In this document: positions 9,280-17,901 of the stretch, one piece after another | Numbering within the stretch: the stretch's first letter is position 1 | Layout: each line of letters begins with the position of its first letter | Source: an uncultured Croceicoccus sp. | GTDB taxonomy: Bacteria > Pseudomonadota > Alphaproteobacteria > Sphingomonadales > Sphingomonadaceae | NCBI GenBank assembly: GCA_964424995.1 | Contig: CAYRLC010000002.1 | Location: forward strand, 1-53,646 | DNA: 53,646 bases | Direction: 5' to 3' | The notes under the pieces: model-generated | The model's input: the letters and a program-made list of their open reading frames with translations, nothing else | What the model was told of the DNA's origin: nothing | Database searches by the model: none | Translations under genes and position numbers: made by a program

Positions 9280-10649
9280 CAGTTCTGCTCCATCCGGCGG
9301 TCAAGCTCGGCGTGGAAGTGGCGCAGGCGGCCTTCCTGTTCGCACCACAGCGGGCCCTTGAACCCACGCGACTTGGCACCGGCCTGGACGATCGGCAGCA
9401 GGTCCGAATCCTGGTCGAGCACTTCGCCAAGGCCCGGCGGTTCGCCAAGCCCGGTGTGCACGATTTCCGGCCGGGTGCGGCCCGACAGGTCGACCTCTGG
9501 CCCAAGGCCCATCCATGCGGGCGCCGAATAGCCCGGCGCGTCGACATGGCGATAGAGGATGCAGGTGTCGTAGGTGAACTGGTCCGGATCGGTCGGGTGC
9601 GGCAGGAACCGGTGCATGAACACCGCCTCCGGATGGCAGCCCAGCTGCGCATTCGGGAACAGCGAATAGACGACCGAATCCGAAAGCTGGCTGTCCGAGA
9701 ACTTCTCGTAGCCGAGGCCCAGTTCGTCGGACCGCTTGCGCTTCGCCTTCTGCACGTCGGCGCGCGTGTCGTGCGCGGTGCCGGTATAGGAATCGGGATC
9801 GATCCCCGCGTCGCGCAGCATCAACTGGATGCCCGGGTTCACCGTTTCCTGATCGGGATAGCGCTGCGCAGGCGTGGCGAAGGGCACGAACTGGCGCGAG
9901 AGGCCGCCCGGCCACAAGTCGATCTGCGTGCGATCGTCCATCAGGCACTGCGTCTGCGGGTGCACGGCGTGGAGGTGGTAGATCTCGGCAAAGGCGTCGA
10001 CGCCACCCTTCCAGTTCGAACCCCAGTCCGAACGGCGATGCTGGACGACGTACATCTGGTCCATCTCGTAACGCTCGAGATGCGCGAGGATCGGCGAGAG
10101 CCACTGCTTCACCGGCTCGATGTCAGGATCCATCGACACGAAGACGAGGCCCGCGGCGACTTCGCAGCGCAGCGATGACAGGTCGTGGCCGTGGCAAAGC
10201 ACTTCGGGGCGGAAGGTCTCCTTGTCGGTCACCGCGACGTTGTGGCCTTCAAGGTCGAACTTCCACGAATGGAACGGGCAAGTGAACTGCGCCAGCGATC
10301 CGAAATCGGTGGTGACCAGCCGGCTGCCGCGGTGCGGACAGGCGTTGTAGTGAGCATGGACCTCGCCATCGTCACCGCGCACGACGATGATCGATTCGGG
10401 GCCGATGTCGAACTTGAAGAAGTCGCCCGGCTCGGCCACGTCGGATATCGGACAGGCCAGCAGCCACGACTTGCAGAAGACCTTCTCCCACTCCTCGCGC
10501 ATGAAGTCGCGGTCGTAATAGCGGCGCGGGTCGAGCCGGTCGGTGCCGTTGTCGATCTTCGGCGCGCGGCCGTTGAACGCGTGCGGCGTGCCGACGTGAA
10601 TGTTCCAGTCTTCGAAATCGAGTTTCATGATGCAGGTATCCCTCTCCAC
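9279..10649 (-). CDS. Rieske oxygenase alpha subunit (paralogue of the downstream gene)
   Basis: CPHRG...CPFHSW; NWKGGVDAFAEIYHLHAVHP; stop overlaps the next start (TGATG). The start may be the ATG at 10628. Confidence 0.95.
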   Translation of the reverse strand: MERDTCIMKLDFEDWNIHVGTPHAFNGRAPKIDNGTDRLDPRRYYDRDFMREEWEKVFCKSWLLACPISDVAEPGDFFKFDIGPESIIVVRGDDGEVHAHYNACPHRGSRLVTTDFGSLAQFTCPFHSWKFDLEGHNVAVTDKETFRPEVLCHGHDLSSLRCEVAAGLVFVSMDPDIEPVKQWLSPILAHLERYEMDQMYVVQHRRSDWGSNWKGGVDAFAEIYHLHAVHPQTQCLMDDRTQIDLWPGGLSRQFVPFATPAQRYPDQETVNPGIQLMLRDAGIDPDSYTGTAHDTRADVQKAKRKRSDELGLGYEKFSDSQLSDSVVYSLFPNAQLGCHPEAVFMHRFLPHPTDPDQFTYDTCILYRHVDAPGYSAPAWMGLGPEVDLSGRTRPEIVHTGLGEPPGLGEVLDQDSDLLPIVQAGAKSRGFKGPLWCEQEGRLRHFHAELDRRMEQN

Positions 10650-10726
10650 TGGGATTGACCGGTCTTTCCGCCGGGGTGTGCGGTCGCCTCGCCGAAGATC
10701 GACTCAACGCCTCTTGGCCTCAATTA

Positions 10727-10744
10727 AAAAACATGCATGATTGT
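10727..10744. promoter_or_regulatory. Putative TetR operator, copy 4 (AAAAACA-TGCA-TGATTGT)
   Basis: Divergent region between the Rieske pair and the VOC gene; right half-site is a perfect match. Confidence 0.72.
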
Positions 10745-10798
10745 TTTGCAAGCGATAGCTCCGCCACCGTCGGCAGGCAGCACCTTGGGAGAGACCGG

Positions 10799-11335
10799 AT
10801 GAGTTCGATTTATGGCAAGACCTTCCAGCTGGCCTATGTGGTGCCCGACGCCATGAAGGCGGTGGAGTACTGGACCACGGTGATGGGCGTGGGGCCGTTC
10901 TTCACCTTCCCGCTGCCGCTGGTCTTCACCGAACTGAAGATCAACGGCAAGGAGGTGCCGGACGACAGCGACATCTTCGGCGCGGTGGCGGTCGCCTATT
11001 CGGGCGACACGATGATAGAGATCATCCAGCCCGGCAGCGTGCGCACGACCTACACCGAATTCCTCGAATCCGGGCAGAAGGGCGTGCACCACATCGGCAC
11101 TTTCGTCGACGATTTCGACGCGGTGATGGCCGTAGCGGCGAAGCGCGGGGCGAAAAGCCTGCTGGAAGGCGAACTGCCGATGTCGAAGTTCGCCTATCTC
11201 GACACCACGACCGAAAATTCGCTGACCCCGATCGTGGAGATCGTGCAGCCGTTCCAGGGGATGATCGACACCTTCGCCATGATCAAGCAGGCCGCCAGCG
11301 AATGGGACGGCGTGACGAAGACGATCTCTCTCTGA
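10799..11335 (+). CDS. VOC family protein (glyoxalase / methylmalonyl-CoA epimerase-like)
   Basis: FQLAYVVPD, IEIIQP, GVHHIG, IVEIV pattern; RBS GGGAGAG. Confidence 0.85.
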   Translation: MSSIYGKTFQLAYVVPDAMKAVEYWTTVMGVGPFFTFPLPLVFTELKINGKEVPDDSDIFGAVAVAYSGDTMIEIIQPGSVRTTYTEFLESGQKGVHHIGTFVDDFDAVMAVAAKRGAKSLLEGELPMSKFAYLDTTTENSLTPIVEIVQPFQGMIDTFAMIKQAASEWDGVTKTISL

Positions 11336-11340
11336 TTTCA

Positions 11341-11376
11341 AACCGGGGGGCCGGCGGAACGCGCCGGCCCCGATTT
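11341..11376. terminator. Hairpin between convergent VOC and PQQ dehydrogenase genes
   Basis: Stem GGGGCCGGCG/CGCCGGCCCC. Confidence 0.55.
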
Positions 11377-11394
11377 CCCGCTACGTAATTACCG

Positions 11395-13770
11395 CTACTT
11401 CTTCGGAAGCGCGAAGGCGACGACGTGGTCGCCCTTGGCGGTGCCCATGTACATGTGGCCGCCCGCCGCGATCACCACGTACTGACGCCCGGTCTTGCGC
11501 GAGGTGTAGGTCATCGGCGTTGCCTGCGGGCCAGCCGGGACCGATCCCTTCCAAAGCTCTTTGCCGGTCGCGGTGTCGAACGCGCGCAGATGCTTGTCCA
11601 TCGCCGCCCCGATGAAGGTGAGGCCGGTGCCGGTCGTCACCGATCCGCCCAAGTTGAAGACGCCCGGGATGGCGATGCCCAGCGGCGCGGTATCCTCGGT
11701 CGTGCCAAGCGTGCGCTGCCACACCTTCTTCCCGGTATCGATGCTGACCGCCGCGAGATGGCCCCACGGCGGGGCAATACACGGAAGCCCGATGGGCGAG
11801 AGCATGGGATTGAGGCTGACTCCGTAATTCGTCCCTTCCTGCGGCAGATAGCCGGGAGCATGCGAATCCTTGGCCAAGGCCGGCGTATCGGCATTGGCGC
11901 CATGCCTGAACAGGATCGCTTCCTGCGGAATGGCCGAGGCGTTGACGATCATCAGCCGCCGCGCCTGGTCCACGCTGACGCTGCCCCAGTTGAGCATCCC
12001 GAAGGTGCCCGGATACTGCAGAGTGCCCTTCACCGAAGGCGGCGTGTAGAGCCCGGCGTAGTCGAGCGAGCGGAACCGGATGCGGCACCACATCTGGTCG
12101 AGCGGGGTCGCACCCCACATCGACGCTTCGGTCAGGTCCTCGGGCGCGAAAGATGCGAATCCGGTCGAGCGCGGCTGCGTCGGCGAATAACGTTCGCCCG
12201 GCAGATTGCCCGCCATGACCGGGACTTCCTTGACCTCGGTCAGCGGTTTGCCCGTGCGGCGGTCGAGGATGTAGATGTCGCCCAGCTTGGTCGGCGCGGC
12301 GAGCGCCGGCACCTTGCCCTGCCAGTCGAACAGCACCGGCTGGGCCGGCACGTCGTAATCCCAGATGTCGTGATGGACCATCTGGAACGACCAGCGCACC
12401 TTGCCAGTCGCGACGTCGAGCGCGACGACCGAGCTGGAGTAGCGTTCCATGTCGGGCGTGCGATGGGTGGCGACATGGTCCGGTGTCGCATTGCCGGTCG
12501 GCAGGTAGACGAGGCCGAGCGCGGGATCGGCGCTGAACACGCTCCACGCATTGGCCGAACCGGGGGTCCATTTGCCGCCCGGCCCCGGATCGGGCGCATC
12601 GGGCGGGGCCGCCGAATCCCAGCCCCACAGCAGCTTGCCGGTCGTGACGTCGAAGCCGCGCACCACGCCCGACGGGTCGGAGGCGCTGAAATTGTCGCGC
12701 ACGTAGGATCCGACGACCATCACGTTGCCGACGATCGTGGGGGGAGAGGTGGTGTAAGTACGCAGCTGGTCGACCACGCCGCCGATCCCCTGGCGCAGAT
12801 CGATCGCGCCGTCGGTGCCGAAGCCGGGGCAGGGCCGGCCGGTCAGCGCATCGGTGGCGAGGATGCGGTGATCCACGGTCATCGAGATGATCCGCTTGGC
12901 ACAGAGGCCGTTGGCGACCGGATCGGCGTGATAGGAGACGCCGCGGCAGTTCAGCATCTGCGCATTGCCGAGCGGCGCCTTGGGGTCGCGCAGCCAGACC
13001 TGCTGGCCGGTATCGGCATCGAGGGCGAAGACCTTGCCAGTGGGCGAGCAGATGTAGACGAGATCGTCCACCATCAGCGGCGTCGCCATGAACGAGATCG
13101 ACTTGATCTCGGGGCGCTTCTCCATCGTGTCGCCGGTCTCGAAGCTCCACGCCTGTTCCAGCCCGGCGACATTGGCGGGCGTGATCTGGCTGGCGGCGGA
13201 ATGGCGGGTGCCCGACAGGTTCGCGCCATAGGCGGTCCAGTCGGTCTGGCCCCCCGCGGTAGCGGCGACGGCGGTCGGTGCGCCGGTGGGCGCGATCTCG
13301 AACGGCTCCACTTGCACGAAGGCGACGATGAGCGTGACGACGCACAGGATCGTCGCGACGGGTGCGGCCATGATCGTGGCGGTATCCCGCGAACGGGAAA
13401 TGCTGCGGCGGACGTAAGGGATGGCGAGGATCGCGCCGAGCACGGTCGGCCCGGCGAGGCGGGGGAGCAGCTGCCAGAAGTCCAGCCCCACTTCCCACAG
13501 GGCCCAGGCGAGCGTGGCGGCGAGCATCGCGGCATAGAGCCACACGCCGCGCCGGTTGTGCCGAATGAAGAACCACCCCGAACCGAGGCAGGCGAGGCCG
13601 GTCAGCAAGTAGTAGGGCGAACCACCCAGCGATACGAGCCAGCCGCCCCCAGCGGCCAGCACCACGCCGATGATCACCAGCAGGATGCCGAAGGTCCAGC
13701 GTGTAAACGCGGCTCCCTTCGCATGGACACCCTCACGCCGGGCCGTTCGCCCTACCTCCCCCAAACTCAT
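11395..13770 (-). CDS. Membrane-bound PQQ-dependent dehydrogenase (glucose/quinate/shikimate family)
   Basis: N-terminal TM helices (LGGSPYY...WALWEVGLDFW), CRGVSY, HHDIWDYDVPAQP, MWGATPLDQ, ATPMTY, GRQYVVIAAGGH. Confidence 0.92.
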   Translation of the reverse strand: MSLGEVGRTARREGVHAKGAAFTRWTFGILLVIIGVVLAAGGGWLVSLGGSPYYLLTGLACLGSGWFFIRHNRRGVWLYAAMLAATLAWALWEVGLDFWQLLPRLAGPTVLGAILAIPYVRRSISRSRDTATIMAAPVATILCVVTLIVAFVQVEPFEIAPTGAPTAVAATAGGQTDWTAYGANLSGTRHSAASQITPANVAGLEQAWSFETGDTMEKRPEIKSISFMATPLMVDDLVYICSPTGKVFALDADTGQQVWLRDPKAPLGNAQMLNCRGVSYHADPVANGLCAKRIISMTVDHRILATDALTGRPCPGFGTDGAIDLRQGIGGVVDQLRTYTTSPPTIVGNVMVVGSYVRDNFSASDPSGVVRGFDVTTGKLLWGWDSAAPPDAPDPGPGGKWTPGSANAWSVFSADPALGLVYLPTGNATPDHVATHRTPDMERYSSSVVALDVATGKVRWSFQMVHHDIWDYDVPAQPVLFDWQGKVPALAAPTKLGDIYILDRRTGKPLTEVKEVPVMAGNLPGERYSPTQPRSTGFASFAPEDLTEASMWGATPLDQMWCRIRFRSLDYAGLYTPPSVKGTLQYPGTFGMLNWGSVSVDQARRLMIVNASAIPQEAILFRHGANADTPALAKDSHAPGYLPQEGTNYGVSLNPMLSPIGLPCIAPPWGHLAAVSIDTGKKVWQRTLGTTEDTAPLGIAIPGVFNLGGSVTTGTGLTFIGAAMDKHLRAFDTATGKELWKGSVPAGPQATPMTYTSRKTGRQYVVIAAGGHMYMGTAKGDHVVAFALPKK

Positions 13771-13772
13771 TG

Positions 13773-14015
13773 TTATGCCGTCTCTATGATAGCGATCGGA
13801 GCGCGTACGTCCACCGTTTCGCCGGGTTCGGCGATGATGCGCAGCAATGTGCCCGAAACGGGGGCCGGAACCTCGACCGTGGTCTTGGCGGCCTCCACCT
13901 CGACCAGGGTATCGCCCTCGTTCACCGCGTCGCCGGGTTCTTTCACCCAGCGCACGATCTCTCCATCCTGCATGCCCATGCCGTACTGTGGCAGGACAAC
14001 GGTAAATTCAGCCAT
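13773..14015 (-). CDS. Stand-alone biotin/lipoyl attachment domain protein
   Basis: 80 aa; LPQYGMGMQDGEIVRW...EVEAAKTTVEVPAPVSG lipoyl-domain pattern. Confidence 0.9.
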   Translation of the reverse strand: MAEFTVVLPQYGMGMQDGEIVRWVKEPGDAVNEGDTLVEVEAAKTTVEVPAPVSGTLLRIIAEPGETVDVRAPIAIIETA

Positions 14016-14038
14016 TCGAAAGTCTCCTGTCGGGCCGG

Positions 14039-15031
14039 TCAGGCCGGAACCGCGCTCTTCGCGCCCATCACCTTGTGCGCCGCATCGACGATCCGCTCTG
14101 CCGAGGGGTAGAGCGGGCGTTCCATGTGCGGGCTGAAGGGCAGGTGGGTGTCGGGCGTGGTGACGCGCACGACGGGGCCCTTCAACGCGTCGAAGGCATG
14201 TTCGACGATGGTGGCGGCAATCTCGCTCGCCGCGCTGCAGGTCATGTGCGCGGGATCGACGCAGATCGCGCGGCCGGTCTTGCGGACCGAGGCGAGGATC
14301 AGTTCGCGATCGAGCGGGACCAGCGTGCGCGGATCGATGACTTCGGCCGAGATACCCTCGGCCTCCAGCATCTTCGCCGCCTTCAGCGCGACGTTGACGC
14401 CGCCGGCCACGCCGATGATCGTCACGTCGGTCCCTTCGCGCTTCACGTCACCCTTGCCCAGCGGGATGACGTGGTCGACGCCGTCGGGCACTTCGCCCTT
14501 GGCCATCCAGCAGGTCGAATCCTCGAAGCTCATCACCGGGTCGTCGCTGCGGATCGCGGCCTTCAGCAGACCCTTCATGTCGGCGGCGTTCGACGGGGCG
14601 ATGATCTTCAGGCCCGGCATGTTCATGAACATCGAATAGGGCCGGTCGGAGTGCTGCGCCGCGTTCGAGTTGCCGTAGAACAGGCACGAGCGGATCACGA
14701 GCGGCAGGGTCGCCTGGCCGCCGTAGATGTAGCGCGACTTGGCGATGATCGAACAGATCTGGTCCATCGCCGGGAACAGGAACGACGAGATCGTGGTGTC
14801 GACGATGGGGCGCATGCCCACCATCGCCGCGCCGCCCGCCGCGCCGATGAAGCCGTTTTCCGAAATCGGCGTGTCGCGGACGCGTTCCTCGCCGAACTGG
14901 TCGACGAAACCGGTGGTGGTGCCGAAGACGTTGCAGCGCACGTCCTCGCCCATCAGGAACACGGTCTTGTCGCGTTCCATCTCTTCCTTCTGCGCCTGAT
15001 AGATGGCTTCGAGGTAGGTGATTCTGGCCAT
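14039..15031 (-). CDS. TPP-dependent dehydrogenase E1 beta subunit (AcoB/PdhB-like)
   Basis: MGEDV, DTPISE, AAQHS, DPRTLVPLD; start at ATG 15031 after GAGGAGG. Confidence 0.92.
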   Translation of the reverse strand: MARITYLEAIYQAQKEEMERDKTVFLMGEDVRCNVFGTTTGFVDQFGEERVRDTPISENGFIGAAGGAAMVGMRPIVDTTISSFLFPAMDQICSIIAKSRYIYGGQATLPLVIRSCLFYGNSNAAQHSDRPYSMFMNMPGLKIIAPSNAADMKGLLKAAIRSDDPVMSFEDSTCWMAKGEVPDGVDHVIPLGKGDVKREGTDVTIIGVAGGVNVALKAAKMLEAEGISAEVIDPRTLVPLDRELILASVRKTGRAICVDPAHMTCSAASEIAATIVEHAFDALKGPVVRVTTPDTHLPFSPHMERPLYPSAERIVDAAHKVMGAKSAVPA

Positions 15032-15044
15032 GGGTCGTCCCTCC

Positions 15045-16046
15045 TCAGGCGTATTTCGCAACGTCTTCGGGGATCGGCAGGCGATCGACGAAGACATGGT
15101 CGAAGGATTCCTCGAACGCGGGATATTCGCTGTCGCGCGCGAACTGCAGCGCGTCGGCAACCTCGTCCGTGACGGCGGCGTCGATGGCGTCGAGAACGTC
15201 ACCGCCCACGCCGCTCTCGATCAGGCGGGCGCGGTACAGCGTGATCGGATCGCGGGCGACCCAGTCGTCATGGTCGTCCTCGCGCGGGGTGAGCTCGCGG
15301 CCCATGTTCACGGCGTGATCGCCGTAGCGATAGGTCTTGGTCTCGATCAGGGTCGGGCCCTTGCCGGCGCGCGCGCGGTCCACCGCCTCGCGCACCGCTT
15401 CCTCCACCGCGTCGACATCCTGACCGTCGACGATGACGCCGGGGATGCCGTAGCCGAAGGCGCGGTCGGCGACGTTCTTGCCAGCCACCGCCTTGGACGT
15501 CGGGGTCGACATGCCGAACCGGTTGTTCTCGCACACGAAGATCGCGGGCAGCGACCAGACGGCGGCAAGGTTCATGCCTTCGTGGATGGCCCCTTCGCTC
15601 GACGCGCCGTCACCGAAGAAGCAGAGCGCGACCCGGTCCAGCCCCTGCAGCTTGGCGCCCAGTGCCGCGCCGGCAGTGACCGGGCCGCCCGAGCCGACGA
15701 TGCTGGTTTCGCCCAGCGATCCCATCGAGAAATCGGACAGGTGCATCGATCCGCCCTTGCCCTGGCAGATGCCGGTCTTCTTGCCGAGCAGTTCGGCCAT
15801 CAGCGGGCGCAGGGCCGCGCCCTTGGCGATCGGGTGGCCGTGGCTGCGGTGGGTGCCGATCATGTAGTCGTCGTCGCGCAGCGCCATGCAGGAGCCGACG
15901 CCCGACGCTTCCATGCCGGCGTAAGTGTGGAGCGCGCCGGGAATTTCGCCCTGCGCATGAATGGCTTCGGCCCGGGCCTCGAACTGGCGGATGCGCTGCA
16001 TCCGGCGGTATTTTTCGAGGCGGGGATCGTTTTCGCCCGTGGACAT
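15045..16046 (-). CDS. TPP-dependent dehydrogenase E1 alpha subunit (AcoA/PdhA-like)
   Basis: GTHRSHGH, GKGGSMH, TPP motif GDGASSEG...CENN, TYRYGDH; start MSTGENDP at 16046. Confidence 0.93.
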   Translation of the reverse strand: MSTGENDPRLEKYRRMQRIRQFEARAEAIHAQGEIPGALHTYAGMEASGVGSCMALRDDDYMIGTHRSHGHPIAKGAALRPLMAELLGKKTGICQGKGGSMHLSDFSMGSLGETSIVGSGGPVTAGAALGAKLQGLDRVALCFFGDGASSEGAIHEGMNLAAVWSLPAIFVCENNRFGMSTPTSKAVAGKNVADRAFGYGIPGVIVDGQDVDAVEEAVREAVDRARAGKGPTLIETKTYRYGDHAVNMGRELTPREDDHDDWVARDPITLYRARLIESGVGGDVLDAIDAAVTDEVADALQFARDSEYPAFEESFDHVFVDRLPIPEDVAKYA

Positions 16047-16060
16047 CTCTTTCGTCTTCC

Positions 16061-17377
16061 TTATTCGGCGGGTTCGGTTTCGGCCCGGCTCGTTTCCGTG
16101 GCCAGCGGCGCGACGATCAGTTCGAGCGGGGTGTCGTACATCGGTTCGGGCGCGCCGCTGGTGATCGCGTAGACGTTCTCCATGTGGCACGGCCCGACCT
16201 TCGCCCCGAAGTAGAGGCTGTCGATGGAGAGCAGCATGCCCTCTTCCAGCACGAAGCCATCCTTCACGCCCGCCAGGCCCGCCGACGGGTATGCCAGCGG
16301 GATTTCCAGCGGCATCAGCCCGATGCCGTGCGCCACAACGAGCAGCTTCTCGGGCGTGGCGACCCCGGCGGCCTTCACATGCTCGTACCCGATGGCGGGC
16401 AGGTCGGCGGTCGACATGCCGGGCCGCAGCGTGTCCACCATCTTCAGGAAGGCATCGCGCAGGATGTCGTGCTGGCGCTGATACGCGTCGCTCGGCAGGC
16501 CGATGTGGGCGGTGCGGTTGATGTCGACCCAGAAGCCGTCGTGGATGCCCTGCGTTTCCAGGATCACGATGTCGTTTCTGCGCAGCGCGCGGTTGCCCTG
16601 CGTGCGGAAGAGATCGGGGATGAATTCGTCGGCTTCGTACGCACCGCCGAACAGCATGCCGCCATCGTCGACGGGGATCGTGTCGTTGCGGACCATGAAG
16701 TCGCAGATGCGCGCCTGCACGTCGTTCCAGTCCGCCCCTTCGTGGAGCAGGCTGCCCGCGTGCTGGACGATCCGGTCGGCCAGCTTGCCGACCTTGCGGT
16801 AACGGGCCAGTTCCTCTGCGGTCTTCACCACGCGGACGCGGACCATGAAGTCCAGAACGTCGACGAAGTCGTGCGGCACGCGCGGTGCGACGCGGGCCGA
16901 CATGCGGTGCTCGTCGAAACCGATGCGCTTGCCCGCCATACCGTGATCGGCCAGCCCCGCGGCCACCGCGGCGCAGACGTCGGGCTGGCATTCGCCGGCG
17001 ATCCGGCCCGCCAGCGCCATCGCGTCCTCGCCCAGCCGGCCGGTCTTGCGGTCGGGGTCGATGTAGCGGCTGACTTCGCAGAAGTTCAGCATCTCGAACG
17101 TGCGGATCTCGCCGAAGGTGCAGGCATCGCCGTCCTTGTTCAGCACCGCGACGAGGCCGAGGTTCGCTTCGGGGATGACGATGGTGAGCGGCTTGGCGGG
17201 GTCGGCATAGACGATGGCTGCGGCCATCGCCTCCATCTGGCCCCAGCGTTCGAGGATCGAGTGATAGCCGACGGCATAGCGCACGTCGTGCGGATGGGAC
17301 AGGACGACCGCGTCCAGTCCCTCCGCCGCCATCATCGAACGCAGGCGTTCGGCCCGCGGGTTGGACGAAGCGGTCAC
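16061..17377 (-). CDS. M24 (Xaa-Pro peptidase/creatinase) family hydrolase
   Basis: Creatinase_N-like N-terminus; RVVKTAEEL, DINRT, HGIGL, HMEN. Confidence 0.85.
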   Translation of the reverse strand: MTASSNPRAERLRSMMAAEGLDAVVLSHPHDVRYAVGYHSILERWGQMEAMAAAIVYADPAKPLTIVIPEANLGLVAVLNKDGDACTFGEIRTFEMLNFCEVSRYIDPDRKTGRLGEDAMALAGRIAGECQPDVCAAVAAGLADHGMAGKRIGFDEHRMSARVAPRVPHDFVDVLDFMVRVRVVKTAEELARYRKVGKLADRIVQHAGSLLHEGADWNDVQARICDFMVRNDTIPVDDGGMLFGGAYEADEFIPDLFRTQGNRALRRNDIVILETQGIHDGFWVDINRTAHIGLPSDAYQRQHDILRDAFLKMVDTLRPGMSTADLPAIGYEHVKAAGVATPEKLLVVAHGIGLMPLEIPLAYPSAGLAGVKDGFVLEEGMLLSIDSLYFGAKVGPCHMENVYAITSGAPEPMYDTPLELIVAPLATETSRAETEPAE

Positions 17378-17826
17378 GCCGCTTCCTCCAGCCCTTCGTT
17401 CGCGACGTTGGAGATCACGGTGCCGCGCGCGACGTCGCGCAGGAACTCGTGGTTGAGGATGAAGCGGATCTGGTCGTTCTCGTCGGTGAAGGCGACCGCG
17501 CCGTGCCCCATGAACAGGTATTCGGTGACTTCGTCGCAGCGGGCCTCGCTATGCCGTGAACCGATGGGTTCATAGCCGTAGGTGCCGGCCGGCGCCGAGC
17601 CGACGTCGTAGATCAGCTCGCCCTTGGTGACGAAATACTGGCCGTGGCCGAGGTGCCAGTGCGGCGCGAAGGTCGCGCCCGGCTCCATGTGGACCCACAG
17701 CACCCAGTCGCCGGTCTCTTCGCTGTAGCGGAGCAGGCGGATGGTGGTGCCGGTGCCCAGCGCCACTTCGTGACAGTCGTTGAGGTTGACGATGAGGTCG
17801 CCAGTCTTGCCGGGATCGTGAGCCAT
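17374..17826 (-). CDS. Cupin, ChrR/DAD/Dke1-like (putative C-C cleaving dioxygenase)
   Basis: PGATFAPHWHLGHGQYFVTKG...YGYEPIGSRH, a three-His cupin site; 150 aa. Confidence 0.8.
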   Translation of the reverse strand: MAHDPGKTGDLIVNLNDCHEVALGTGTTIRLLRYSEETGDWVLWVHMEPGATFAPHWHLGHGQYFVTKGELIYDVGSAPAGTYGYEPIGSRHSEARCDEVTEYLFMGHGAVAFTDENDQIRFILNHEFLRDVARGTVISNVANEGLEEAA

Positions 17827-17901
17827 GGTCTCTCTCCTTGAATTCGGTGGGATGGTACGCCTCGGCGACGGGGTTGCACCCTATGGCAAAGGCTGATGGG
17901 A

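Noticed and set aside
11425-14136. Long antisense or alternate-frame ORFs (for example 11425..14136 +, 122..1138 +, 2284..3933 +, 27653..29488 +, 39698..41875 -, 46129..48525 +)
   Set aside because: They shadow motif-bearing genes, are Arg/Ala/Gly-rich and show no family motifs; expected in high-GC DNA.
15045-16991. Apparent N-terminal extensions or fusions in the ORF track (648-aa E1alpha, 431-aa SnoaL, 346-aa DUF1294, 651-aa GGDEF-EAL, 390-aa dehydrogenase overlapping the tRNA)
   Set aside because: Artefacts of choosing the most upstream start; the extensions overlap other genes or leaders, and better internal starts exist.
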